Shown piece after piece: positions 1 through 9,493 of a DNA stretch of 36,343 nt. The translations under genes and the position numbers were made by a program. Below the pieces are notes generated by a model that worked only from the letters and a program-made list of their open reading frames with translations, ran no database searches and was not told where the DNA came from. Each line of letters opens with the position of its first letter. Position 1 is the stretch's first letter. This DNA comes from a virus (lineage: Duplodnaviria > Caudoviricetes), in IMG/VR virus record IMGVR_UViG_3300022930_000021, positions 1 through 36,343 of that record; one strand, written 5' to 3'.

Positions 1-240
1 CTAGACTCAACCTTGCGCGGGAAGAGGCTGCGCGAGATGCGGCTAATTCTCCTGGAGCTATAGCTGGCATTGCAGATACAATATCAACGAGTAATGACCC
101 TGTAACAGCAAAACGGGGACTTGCCGAGATTTTGGCGAGTGGTGCTATATCAGCTGGTACCAAGTCGAAACTGGCGCCGGCAGTAGAAGTATTGAATGCA
201 GTAGATGAATTTGCATCTGGCAACCTTGAGGGCCAGTTTA
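1..240. repeat. Terminal direct repeat, copy 1 (circularisation overlap)
   Basis: 1-240 matches 36104-36343 except C114 vs A36217. Confidence 0.97.
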
Positions 241-626
241 CTGGAGTAGGTTTCTTTGGAAAACTTAAGGAGGGCGTTAAGAATATATTCAATCAGAAAG
301 ACCCAGAAGCAATTAACAATCAACAGAACATCGATGCAATCAGTCTCAAGGTGGGACAATGGGCTTCTGGTGCATCTCTTACTGAACAACAGCAAAAACA
401 GGTTGATAACCTTACGCCATCTAGTTACGATAGCGACAAAACTGTTCGCACCAAACTTAGTGGTCTTTATAACTACATGCTTAATCAGGCAGAAGGAAAC
501 CTGCTTACTGAAGGAGTAAATGTTAACTTCCCTACAATCAATCTATTCGAAGTTTATGACTTGTATAACAAGGCTACACCTGCAGAGAAGCTATTGATAG
601 AAGAGGCTTACCCACAACTAAAGTAA
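1..626 (+). CDS. 3' part of the junction-spanning virion/ejection protein that starts at 35074
   Basis: Same frame and peptide (SGAISAGTKSKLAPAVEVLN) as the end of the open frame from ATG 35074; the 132 start in the ORF track is an artefact. Confidence 0.85.
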   Translation, partial: RLNLAREEAARDAANSPGAIAGIADTISTSNDPVTAKRGLAEILASGAISAGTKSKLAPAVEVLNAVDEFASGNLEGQFTGVGFFGKLKEGVKNIFNQKDPEAINNQQNIDAISLKVGQWASGASLTEQQQKQVDNLTPSSYDSDKTVRTKLSGLYNYMLNQAEGNLLTEGVNVNFPTINLFEVYDLYNKATPAEKLLIEEAYPQLK

Positions 627-630
627 TACA

Positions 631-2352
631 ATGGCACTCACACCTCAAGAATTAGATCGACTTAAGTTCCTACTTGACCAACGAGCAGGATCGACTGCTA
701 ACCAATCTGGTACTTTAGGAAAACTAAATGATACTACTTCTGGATCTGTTTCTGACAGATTGACTGCAAAACAAGGTGCCCAGGGAGGTACCGATACGAG
801 TTTCTCTCAACTCGCTGGCAATATACTTCCGAGCGCAGGACGTGCTGTTAAAGGTGTATACGATGCTGTTGCAGGTCTTTCACCACTTGGCCCTAAAGGC
901 GAAAATGGTTCTGATTTTGGGTTCCGTTTACCCCCTACTGTTAGTGGCGTCACGTCATTGGTTGCTGGAGCAGGTGAGAAGTTAATACCTGGTAAACAAG
1001 GACAGGAGGATACATTCGATGCTGTCACAACCTTCTTTAAGGACAGATATGGGTCAGTAGATAACCTAAAGCAGACGGTAATAAACGATCCGACAGGTGT
1101 GGCTATCGATATATCCACACTATTCAGTGGTGGTGCCGGGCTGGCTAGTAAGGCTGGTCTTTCTAAAACGGCTTCTACACTCTCTACTGCCGCTAAACTT
1201 TCCGATCCTATAAGCCTTACCCTTCAGGGCGCATCTAAGGTTGCGAAGGGGGCTACAAATCTAGCTTCAAAGACAGCAGGCACGGTTGCATCACAAACTC
1301 TTGGATTTACTACAGGAGTTGGTCCTGAGGTAATAAAAGAGGCATTTCGTAACCCAGGACCTGAGTTTACAGAGGCCCTTCGAGGTAACAAGTCTAAGTA
1401 TGACATCGTAGACAGCGCCAAGGATGCTTTGCGTAATGTTGAGTCGCAAAAAGGAATGGACTATAGACAAAGTCTTGCCAAGATAGGTGAGATCGATAAA
1501 CCAATAGAACTGTCTCCGCTTATTAAAACTCTTGACCAGAAATTATCTGACTTTAATATCAAGAAAAACGCAGACGGTACACTTGATTTCTCTCGATCTA
1601 CGATATCTGAACCAGCTGCACGAAACCAGGTTCAGGGTGTAGTTGAGGCAATCCAAGACTGGGGTAATCAGGTAGGAGATACACTGCCTATCGGGGTTGA
1701 TATACTTAAGCGTAAATTAGGTGACTTCTATTCTGATTCGTCACAGGCTAGATCGATTGTGTCTTCTCTAAAGAACGAAACCTCGAATCTGCTTAAGTCC
1801 CAAGTTCCTGGATATGCAGATATGGTAAAAGAGTACGAACGAGCTAGTAACTTCGTTACAGAACTTGAGAATGCAGTGGGCATCGGCGGTTCTAAGGCTG
1901 TTGAAACATCAATAAACAAACTGACTACTGCTCTCTCTGAAAACAAGGAATATCGTGCAGCTTTAATCGGTGAACTTGAGAAGGCAGGTAATGTGAAACT
2001 TAAGGGATCAATATCTGGTGCAGCATTAAATAGTTACTTACCAAGAGGGCTAGTCGGTCGCTTGTTTGCAGGTGGCGCTGCCGGACTCGTATCACCTAGT
2101 TTCCTTATGGGACTTGCTCTTACACTTCCCGTATTTTCTCCTCGAATAGTGGGAGAAATTGTACGAGGTCTAGGAGTATCTGCTAATAAGGCAAAAGACG
2201 TCGTGGAGGCAGTTCGTATAATAAAGCAGAAGGTACCACAGAGCATCAAAAGGGTAGTTAATACTAAGGCCGGATTCCAGGCAGGTCGTGTACGAGACAT
2301 AAACGATGAGGTAAACCAAGAGGCTAGCCAGCCTACCGATACAGGTCTATAA
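631..2352 (+). CDS. Putative internal virion / DNA ejection protein
   Basis: 573 aa, Gly/Ala-rich and helical, with a hydrophobic stretch near the C-terminus; lies between the nozzle/ejection gene and the tail fibre, as in podoviruses. Confidence 0.6.
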   Translation: MALTPQELDRLKFLLDQRAGSTANQSGTLGKLNDTTSGSVSDRLTAKQGAQGGTDTSFSQLAGNILPSAGRAVKGVYDAVAGLSPLGPKGENGSDFGFRLPPTVSGVTSLVAGAGEKLIPGKQGQEDTFDAVTTFFKDRYGSVDNLKQTVINDPTGVAIDISTLFSGGAGLASKAGLSKTASTLSTAAKLSDPISLTLQGASKVAKGATNLASKTAGTVASQTLGFTTGVGPEVIKEAFRNPGPEFTEALRGNKSKYDIVDSAKDALRNVESQKGMDYRQSLAKIGEIDKPIELSPLIKTLDQKLSDFNIKKNADGTLDFSRSTISEPAARNQVQGVVEAIQDWGNQVGDTLPIGVDILKRKLGDFYSDSSQARSIVSSLKNETSNLLKSQVPGYADMVKEYERASNFVTELENAVGIGGSKAVETSINKLTTALSENKEYRAALIGELEKAGNVKLKGSISGAALNSYLPRGLVGRLFAGGAAGLVSPSFLMGLALTLPVFSPRIVGEIVRGLGVSANKAKDVVEAVRIIKQKVPQSIKRVVNTKAGFQAGRVRDINDEVNQEASQPTDTGL

Positions 2353-2385
2353 TTAAGTAAATAACTAATCCCAGTTGCGGGGGAT
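2348..2385 (+). promoter_or_regulatory. -10 TATAAT plus leader hairpin with GTTGCGG loop
   Basis: TATAAT 2348-2353; ATCCC-AGTTGCGG-GGGAT 2368-2385 before the tail fibre ATG. Confidence 0.55.
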
Positions 2386-2393
2386 AAACCACA

Positions 2394-5300
2394 ATGGTAG
2401 ACCCAAAACTAAAGAAACTGGAAGACGTTCTCAATCTTATAGACCAGGATTTCGTTAAGACCGACGACTTCGTAAAGATATTCCAGGAAATAGAGCGTGC
2501 CATAGCCACGATTCGTAGCGGTGCCGATGCTAAATGCGAAGAGGTAGCAGAAGAACTTCAGGAGAAATACGACCAATTAGAGGCAGGTTTTAAAGAGCGC
2601 TTAGGGCGTACTAATGCTGACGTAGGCAACAAGGCTACCAAAGACGACGTAACGTCGCTTAAAACGGCGATTAGAGGCCTTAGAGATGACGTTAGCGAGG
2701 CAATAGAATCAGTACGAACGTCTATTCCTGCGATACCCGATGAACTAACCGGGGAAGAGATAAAGGAGAAGATACTCAAGTTCGCTAACTGGATTCCCGT
2801 CGAGGCAATAAAAGGCGGCGCAGACCTCGTCACGAAGTCTCGTTTTGAGGACGCTATCATAGAAATTGGAGGTAAACTTACCTTACTTCAGAAGCGTGAT
2901 TCTAAAGGTTATGGCGCTCTCGGTGGAGGATCTGAAGGCACCGGCTCGCTCTTCCTATCCAGGCTTCGAGACGTCGATCTAGCAGGCCTCACTAAGAACG
3001 CGGACGGCAAATACGTCCTCGGCAGCGGTTCTGGATCGGGTGGGGTTCAATCCGTCGTTGCCGGAGCAAACATAACGGTAGACAACACTGATCCCGCAAA
3101 TCCTATAGTAAGCGCCACAGGAGGTGGGTCTGAACCTGGGGGTAACACAAATAACGTCCAGTTAAATGACGGAGCAGGCGGATTCACGGGTAGCAATAAT
3201 CTCACCTATGACGACTTAATCGGTTTGATCTCGGTTCCTGGCTTCACTGCGAGCGATGGGCTAGGCAACTACGCACAGGCGGGTCAAATTTATGATGACG
3301 GCTTGGGTAATAGTTTTCTGTCCCTGGGCGGTAACGGCACAGTTGCCGCATATCTGAACCTATCAACTGGCGGCGGACTGTATCTCGGTGACGACCAGAT
3401 TGTAAACTTAGACCTCACTGGACTAACAGCAGATCGTAACGTGGCATTCCAAGATAAGGACGGCACTATCGCTTACCTTGACGACATTACAGGTGCATAC
3501 ACTTTTGATGATACAGACACAGTAAACCTTACTGACACGGCGGGAGTCATAACAGCCGACGTAAACACGCAGATGTCCATCACTTCAGATGCATCAGGCG
3601 TCATGCTCGTAGGTGACGAAGCTACACCAGGAAACTCTGAGTATTACGGTACTAACGGTTCAGGTACCAAGGGTTACTTCCCATTCCCAGCAGGCGGTGC
3701 AGTCGCTTTCGCTGACCTTACGGGCGACCCGTATGACAATACAGCACTGGAAACTGCCCTCGATGCAAAACTCGACGCTAATACGCCTATAACTGGTGCT
3801 ACTAAGACTAAAATAACGTATGACGCTGACGGTCTTGTAACCGCAGGAGCAGATGCAACCACGGCAGATATAGCCGATTCTACCAACCGTAGGTACGTTA
3901 CCGACGCTCAGCTGGTAGTTGTGGGTAACACTTCAGGTACCAATACAGGTGACCAGACCTCAATCGTCGGTATAACTGGTACGAAATCACAGTTCGATAC
4001 AGCCGTGACTGACGGTAACTTCCTGTATGTAGGCGACGTCACACAGTACACGGACGAGATGGCACAGGATGCCGTAGGAGCAATGACGGTAGACGGCACT
4101 CTCGTTTATGTCGATGCTACTCCAAGCTATAAACGTGCGCCTATCACGGGAGACATTTCAATCCCCGACGGTAGCAATACTGCCGCAATCTCTGCCGGAG
4201 TAATAATCAACGCTGACATAAACGCATCAGCCGCCATTGATGCAACAAAGATTGCTGACGGATCGGTTACTTCTACGGAGTTCCAATACATCAATACCCT
4301 GTCATCTAATGCCCAGACCCAGCTTGATAACAAGCAGCCTCTGGATTCAGACCTCACTACGATTGCAGGACTGGCCGCAACGACCGATAACTTCATGCAA
4401 GCTAAGGGTAGCGCATGGGCTAGCCGAACGGTCGCACAGGTAAAGACAGACCTCGGACTCACTGGCACGAACTCAGGCGATGTAACGGTCACTGACTCAT
4501 CTACTATCGACTTCACTCTCACAGGACAGGACATCACCGCTATAGTTAAGACTGGAAGCATCGGACCGACCGAACTCGCTGCAACAGCCGTTACCCCAGG
4601 TGCATACACCTCTGCTGATATAACGGTTGATGCGGATGGACGTATAACCGCTGCTTCTAACGGATCAGGTGGTACTAGTCAGTGGGATAACGTAACAGGA
4701 GGAATAAACTATGCAGGAGGCAAGGTCGGTATAGGCCAAACCACACCGCGTACGACGTTTGATGTGCTTGAAGCGACCATTAATACCCCATTCATCCTTC
4801 AGAAGACTGGAGATACGGGTATCTCCATGTCCTCATACTATCCTTCCATTAACCTGAATATGTGGAACGACGGCACTCAATGGCGCTCCCTTGGTGCAGG
4901 TTACGTCGGTAGCTGGGGAATCGACCATACGACTGGTCTTATAGTATTCGGAGTATCAGGCAGCACCACTACGGCTAACCAGGCTCTTGGTTCCACCCCT
5001 ACTAACAACTTCCTTGCGCTCACTAAAGACCAACGAGTTGGTGTCGGTACTATGGCTCCTTCGACTGTATTCCATGTCATAGGAACTACTGAACAGATAC
5101 GAACTGGTTACGATACTTCCAACTACTTCTCCACAACCGTGAGTTCGGCAGGAGCGGTCACGTTTAACGCCGTAGGAGCTTCATCGTCATTTATCTTCTC
5201 GGATGCGGTATCTGGTCCGGTAAACGCTTATGCCTCAGGCTGGAATGGTTCCGCTAAATTCACTACTGAAGATGCTGTATACGATAAAATCGAGACCCTT

Positions 5301-5846
5301 CAGCCACTGGATTCAGACCTTACGGCCATTGCAGCTCTTTCATCTAACGGAATAATCGCACGAACTGGAACAGGTACGATGTCTGTCAGAACCGTTACTG
5401 GTACTACGAATAAAATCACCGTAACCAACGGCGACGGAGTATCAGGCAACCCTACTCTCACCGTGGGTAGCGATATTGTACAACTTACTGACACACAAAC
5501 CCTAACAAACAAAACGCTAACTCGCCGCGTAACAACCACAAACGCGCCAGGTGCTACCCCAACAATAAACACCGATAACTCAGATATCGTTGAGTTCACA
5601 GGTCTTGCGACAGCAATCACTTCGATGACTACGAATCTATCTGGAACTCCTGTAAATGGACAGTTCCTACAGATATCGTTCGTAGACAACGGTACAGCTA
5701 GGGCCATAACATGGGGTACGTCATTCGCAAACGGAGGTCTAATCAATCTACCGACTACTACAACGATTAGCGTTGTGCTTCGTGTCTTGTTGCAATATCA
5801 GACTATAGCAACAGTGAACAAGTGGGTGTGTGTTGCCATATCCTAA
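2394..5846 (+). CDS. Tail fibre / receptor-binding protein
   Basis: 1150 aa: charged coiled-coil N-terminus, then a Gly/Thr-rich beta region with fibre-type repeats (ITYDADGLVTAG / ITVDADGRITAA, QPLDSDLT twice, VGIGQTTP / VGVGTMAP). Confidence 0.8.
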   Translation: MVDPKLKKLEDVLNLIDQDFVKTDDFVKIFQEIERAIATIRSGADAKCEEVAEELQEKYDQLEAGFKERLGRTNADVGNKATKDDVTSLKTAIRGLRDDVSEAIESVRTSIPAIPDELTGEEIKEKILKFANWIPVEAIKGGADLVTKSRFEDAIIEIGGKLTLLQKRDSKGYGALGGGSEGTGSLFLSRLRDVDLAGLTKNADGKYVLGSGSGSGGVQSVVAGANITVDNTDPANPIVSATGGGSEPGGNTNNVQLNDGAGGFTGSNNLTYDDLIGLISVPGFTASDGLGNYAQAGQIYDDGLGNSFLSLGGNGTVAAYLNLSTGGGLYLGDDQIVNLDLTGLTADRNVAFQDKDGTIAYLDDITGAYTFDDTDTVNLTDTAGVITADVNTQMSITSDASGVMLVGDEATPGNSEYYGTNGSGTKGYFPFPAGGAVAFADLTGDPYDNTALETALDAKLDANTPITGATKTKITYDADGLVTAGADATTADIADSTNRRYVTDAQLVVVGNTSGTNTGDQTSIVGITGTKSQFDTAVTDGNFLYVGDVTQYTDEMAQDAVGAMTVDGTLVYVDATPSYKRAPITGDISIPDGSNTAAISAGVIINADINASAAIDATKIADGSVTSTEFQYINTLSSNAQTQLDNKQPLDSDLTTIAGLAATTDNFMQAKGSAWASRTVAQVKTDLGLTGTNSGDVTVTDSSTIDFTLTGQDITAIVKTGSIGPTELAATAVTPGAYTSADITVDADGRITAASNGSGGTSQWDNVTGGINYAGGKVGIGQTTPRTTFDVLEATINTPFILQKTGDTGISMSSYYPSINLNMWNDGTQWRSLGAGYVGSWGIDHTTGLIVFGVSGSTTTANQALGSTPTNNFLALTKDQRVGVGTMAPSTVFHVIGTTEQIRTGYDTSNYFSTTVSSAGAVTFNAVGASSSFIFSDAVSGPVNAYASGWNGSAKFTTEDAVYDKIETLQPLDSDLTAIAALSSNGIIARTGTGTMSVRTVTGTTNKITVTNGDGVSGNPTLTVGSDIVQLTDTQTLTNKTLTRRVTTTNAPGATPTINTDNSDIVEFTGLATAITSMTTNLSGTPVNGQFLQISFVDNGTARAITWGTSFANGGLINLPTTTTISVVLRVLLQYQTIATVNKWVCVAIS

Positions 5847-5933
5847 ATCTAGCCGTCTCAATTTCGGTTAGCCATACTATTTTCGGCCTAGAACCACATC
5901 CTTACTACTAACGTGGTTTTGTGCCTAATAACA

Positions 5934-6857
5934 ATGGATAATCGATTAAAAGCCGTGTCCGCGGCACTAGTAGCACTTGCTCTTGTTTTTACGAGCATAC
6001 CTACATCCGTATTCGCTAATGCTTACGACTATAACTTCCTCATCAGGAACTCTGACGACACGGCGACTACTACGGTCGCCCTTCCTAAGTCTCCGACTAA
6101 TAAATATGGATTTATAGCTGGAGAGTATAACGGTACTGTTCCTGTGTGGAATACGTTTAGTGCTGATAATTTTCATTTCCAGCCAAATGCTTTTGGAGGT
6201 TATGAGGCAATGCTTGAACAGATACCCCTTAGTCAGATTGATGGACTAGATGCAGTGTATGCAACGGATGTTCACCTGGACAATCTAAGAATAGCCGAAG
6301 ATAACGAGCATAACTCGATCTACGGTCTAATGTCAGAACAGGCTGCCCAATCGGATTGGGATGACACCGCTACCGGATCGTACGCTTATATAAAGAACAA
6401 ACCCACTCTAGCGACTGTCGCTACTACTGGTTCGTATAACGATTTGTCTGATAAGCCAGCGACTACTACGTTCACTCGTACGGCTACGACTACTTCTCGT
6501 AGTATCGTTACAGGTACGGGGTCTACTGGTTTCCAGGTTTCGTCTACGAAGGATGCCGACGTGCATTATTCGGCCACAATCGTTAGCACTGCATCAATCG
6601 CAGGTAGCGCACAGGGTCGAATTGTCCTCGAAGGCGCTACGACCAACTCGGCGACTGCTGGTGATTGGAAAGAGCTGGGACGCTGTACGAACGGACAGGC
6701 ATTGTCTCTGGCAATCACCCTTCAGAGCGTCCAGACACTTGGTTGCCAGATAAGCGCTTTCGTTCCCGCCGGTACTTACGTCAAGATTCGTTCGATTAAC
6801 GATGCAGGTACGCCTTCCTATACCTATAACTCAGGTCAGGAAGTGACGTACAACTAG
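5934..6857 (+). CDS. Tail-fibre-like protein with an N-terminal signal peptide
   Basis: ATG 5934 gives MDNRLK, a hydrophobic core and VFA/NA; internal QSDW...YIKNKPTLATVATTGSYNDLSDKP motif typical of phage fibres. Confidence 0.65.
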   Translation: MDNRLKAVSAALVALALVFTSIPTSVFANAYDYNFLIRNSDDTATTTVALPKSPTNKYGFIAGEYNGTVPVWNTFSADNFHFQPNAFGGYEAMLEQIPLSQIDGLDAVYATDVHLDNLRIAEDNEHNSIYGLMSEQAAQSDWDDTATGSYAYIKNKPTLATVATTGSYNDLSDKPATTTFTRTATTTSRSIVTGTGSTGFQVSSTKDADVHYSATIVSTASIAGSAQGRIVLEGATTNSATAGDWKELGRCTNGQALSLAITLQSVQTLGCQISAFVPAGTYVKIRSINDAGTPSYTYNSGQEVTYN

Positions 6858-6930
6858 TTAGTTAGCGCCATTGCGCCTATAATGGAGATATAACATTGTA
6901 GGTGGCGCGGCACTCGCAAACATACATAAA

Positions 6931-7650
6931 ATGGCTTCATCACTCCTAACAAATCTTGTCGCTTATTATAAATTAGATGAGCTTTCTGGAAATCCAGTGG
7001 ATTCATCCGGTAATGGTTTTAACCTCGTCAATAACGGCACGACGACTTACACGCAAGCGATGATAGCCAATGGGGCAGACTTCGGGGCGACGAATACCAC
7101 TAAGTCCCTGACAATAACGCAAAACCTTGGTATCACAGGAGGTAATATCACGATGACATGCTGGGTGAAGATGAATACAGAGATTGGTTCAGGAGAGCAA
7201 TATTTCATGTTCCAGGAAAGTGCAACAAACAGGAACGGATACGATATAACATATTCTTACAACGGCGGTAGTAGGCAAATACTGTTTCGTAGACTAAGGA
7301 AAGGTGTAGTTCAAGGCGGCTACAATCATAGCATTACACTTGGTACATCTAATTACTATCATCTTGGGCTGACCTACAGTTCTTCCACCATAACTGCCTA
7401 TGTAAACGGAGTATCAGTAGGCACAGCTTCACAATCCGGCGCTGGAACTGGTGGTACGACGTTTGATCGATTCGCTATAGGTGCATCGTACTCAGATAAC
7501 ACAATATCTCTCAGGGCTTCGGCTATTATTGATGAGGTGGGCGTGTGGAGTCGAGCATTAACAGCCGCAGAGATGTTGGAGGATTTCAAGAATGGAGCCG
7601 CCAACCAGCATCCATTCAACAACAGTGGATTCTTCTTTAGAATGATGTAG
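6931..7650 (+). CDS. LamG / concanavalin A-like jellyroll protein
   Basis: LVAYYKLDE...DSSGNG, CWVK, YHLGLTY, YVNGV, IDEVGVWSRALTAAE are LamG-like motifs. Confidence 0.88.
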   Translation: MASSLLTNLVAYYKLDELSGNPVDSSGNGFNLVNNGTTTYTQAMIANGADFGATNTTKSLTITQNLGITGGNITMTCWVKMNTEIGSGEQYFMFQESATNRNGYDITYSYNGGSRQILFRRLRKGVVQGGYNHSITLGTSNYYHLGLTYSSSTITAYVNGVSVGTASQSGAGTGGTTFDRFAIGASYSDNTISLRASAIIDEVGVWSRALTAAEMLEDFKNGAANQHPFNNSGFFFRMM

Positions 7651-7652
7651 TT

Positions 7653-7958
7653 ATGATTTCAATCTACCTATTCTTCCTGACGGTTAAAGTATTCTGCACT
7701 ATGCTAGCAGGATACTATCGACTCAAGATGGCCTTTATGCCTAACACTGACACTCGCAGCAATATCTACTTCTTCTTCGGGTACGTCCTAGCCTTAATGG
7801 CCCAATCCCTAGGCATATTCAATACGTCGTCGGTAGTGAGCCTGCTAAGCGCATTCGACCCATGGATAGTGGTATTCAGCCAGGTGATTGGTGCAGGAGT
7901 ATTCGTATTCTTCCTTGCGGGAACGATACGGAAGTACAGCATATATAAACCTATATGA
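7653..7958 (+). CDS. Multi-pass membrane protein (holin-like)
   Basis: 101 aa with three hydrophobic segments, upstream of the endolysin. Confidence 0.55.
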   Translation: MISIYLFFLTVKVFCTMLAGYYRLKMAFMPNTDTRSNIYFFFGYVLALMAQSLGIFNTSSVVSLLSAFDPWIVVFSQVIGAGVFVFFLAGTIRKYSIYKPI

Positions 7959-8332
7959 TCGAATACCTAGCACCTATATTAATGGCAGTGGCCGCGGTCA
8001 TTGGAGCAGTAGGCGTATACCTCAAGAACAAGGCAGGGAATACAGTTACCTATGCTGATGGTTGGGAAAGATACGCTGGTCGTCTTGAGATCCGTGTAGC
8101 TGCCCTTGAGAAGCAGTTCGAGGAACAGGAGAGCCGTCATGACGCCGAGATAAAGGCCAAGAACACCCGTATAACCGAACTAGAGGCCCGCGTAGCCACT
8201 CTTGAGCATGAACTGAGTAAACAGCTCCAACTGAACGATAAAGTCGACGAGGTTAAGGGCGTTTTACATGAAACGGTCGAGCAAGGTCTTGAAGGATTGA
8301 AAGATGGCCACGCAGGTCATACTGTGGTATAA
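7955..8332 (+). CDS. N-terminal TM plus coiled-coil protein (lysis region)
   Basis: Hydrophobic N-terminus then heptad-like charged helix; ATGA overlap with the previous gene. Confidence 0.65.
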   Translation: MIEYLAPILMAVAAVIGAVGVYLKNKAGNTVTYADGWERYAGRLEIRVAALEKQFEEQESRHDAEIKAKNTRITELEARVATLEHELSKQLQLNDKVDEVKGVLHETVEQGLEGLKDGHAGHTVV

Positions 8333-8339
8333 TCCCTAT

Positions 8340-8513
8340 ATGAATACCCATGAAAAGATAGCACTAGGAATGTTCGGGATACTGTTCGTGCTCTATCTGT
8401 CGACGGTCTGGATGATGGTCAAACTGTATGTCGCCGTTAATAACACCGACGAAAAGACCGCTGAATTGGTAAAGGAGGCAATACAAGATGCCAAGTTCGA
8501 GATTATAGATTAA
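8340..8513 (+). CDS. Small single-TM protein
   Basis: MNTHEKIALGMFGILFVLYL...; the probable start is ATG 8340, 6 nt after TGGTATAAT. Confidence 0.6.
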   Translation: MNTHEKIALGMFGILFVLYLSTVWMMVKLYVAVNNTDEKTAELVKEAIQDAKFEIID

Positions 8514-8522
8514 TAAACGCTT

Positions 8523-8657
8523 ATGGCTAAAGGAAAGATAGTCTTTAACAAGAAGAAGAGCACGCCGGCTAAGACAAAAGGCACTGCTCGGGTTGTTAAG
8601 TCCAAGTTCATAGACAGGAAGCCAAATCGTCCGTTCTTTCGTTCTAACATCACATAG
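8523..8657 (+). CDS. Small highly basic protein (44 aa), not in the ORF track
   Basis: MAKGKIVFNKKKSTPAKTKGTARVVKSKFIDRKPNRPFFRSNIT; fills the gap exactly and its stop abuts the endolysin ATG. Confidence 0.6.
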   Translation: MAKGKIVFNKKKSTPAKTKGTARVVKSKFIDRKPNRPFFRSNIT

Positions 8658-9488
8658 ATGAAACTCGTCCACCCGCTAAAATCGTTCACGATAAGCCAGT
8701 GGTTCGACGAGAACGCGACCTCAATCTACAAGGAGTGGGGTCTTAAAGGGCATGGCGCGCTGGATTATGACATACCATACGGCACTCCAATCTATGCCGC
8801 ACTAGACGCCGAGGTCTACACAGTTCTCAATAAGGACAATTCCGACCTATCGAAGTATCGTGGCGTGTTCCAGATATACGACGAACCAGAAGGCATCATC
8901 TCTTACGAGATAGGTTACGGTCATTGCTCTGACATAATCGCCACGCCTGGATTAAACGCCAAGGTCGGCGACTTGCTAGCTAAAGTAGGTAATACCGGCG
9001 ATGTCTTCGTAGGTGGTGTATACGTCAGCAAGGAGGAGAAGATGCGAGGTTCTAAGCTCGGTGCTCACCTCCACTTCCAGGTTCGCAAGTGTAAACGGGT
9101 TAAGCGTACGATAAAGGGTAAGTATTACCTATCCGACGCTAACGGTAAGTTCAAGCGAAATAACATGTACTACGAGTATTTCGACTACGGTAATGGTTAC
9201 AACTCCTGCGTCGATCCCGCACAATTCTTCTCTGACGACTTCAAGTTCCTGAATGACCTTAAACTCGGCGATACGCATCCAGACGTAATACGACTCCAGA
9301 AGCGCCTCAATCTTAATTCTAAGACCCAGGTGGCCATAATAGGCCCAGGTAGTTCTGGTAGCGAGACGGACTACTTCGGACAAAAGACAAAGGATGCCGT
9401 AATAAGGTTCCAGAGAATCAACGGAATCATGCCTATGTCAGGTTTCTTCGGACCACTTAGCAGGAATCGTATGAACATATATAACTAA
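8658..9488 (+). CDS. Endolysin: M23 peptidase plus C-terminal peptidoglycan-binding domain
   Basis: HGALD (HxxxD), YGH, VGNTG and HLHF M23 motifs; LKLGDTHPDVIRLQKRL...YFGQKTKDAVIRFQ resembles PG_binding_1. Confidence 0.88.
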   Translation: MKLVHPLKSFTISQWFDENATSIYKEWGLKGHGALDYDIPYGTPIYAALDAEVYTVLNKDNSDLSKYRGVFQIYDEPEGIISYEIGYGHCSDIIATPGLNAKVGDLLAKVGNTGDVFVGGVYVSKEEKMRGSKLGAHLHFQVRKCKRVKRTIKGKYYLSDANGKFKRNNMYYEYFDYGNGYNSCVDPAQFFSDDFKFLNDLKLGDTHPDVIRLQKRLNLNSKTQVAIIGPGSSGSETDYFGQKTKDAVIRFQRINGIMPMSGFFGPLSRNRMNIYN

Positions 9489-9493
9489 ACAAC

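Noticed and set aside
150-5746. Many - strand ORFs opposite structural genes (e.g. 807-1118, 4127-4609, 5300-5746; also 25896-26492)
   Set aside because: Antisense shadows of long, well-supported + strand genes, with no motifs
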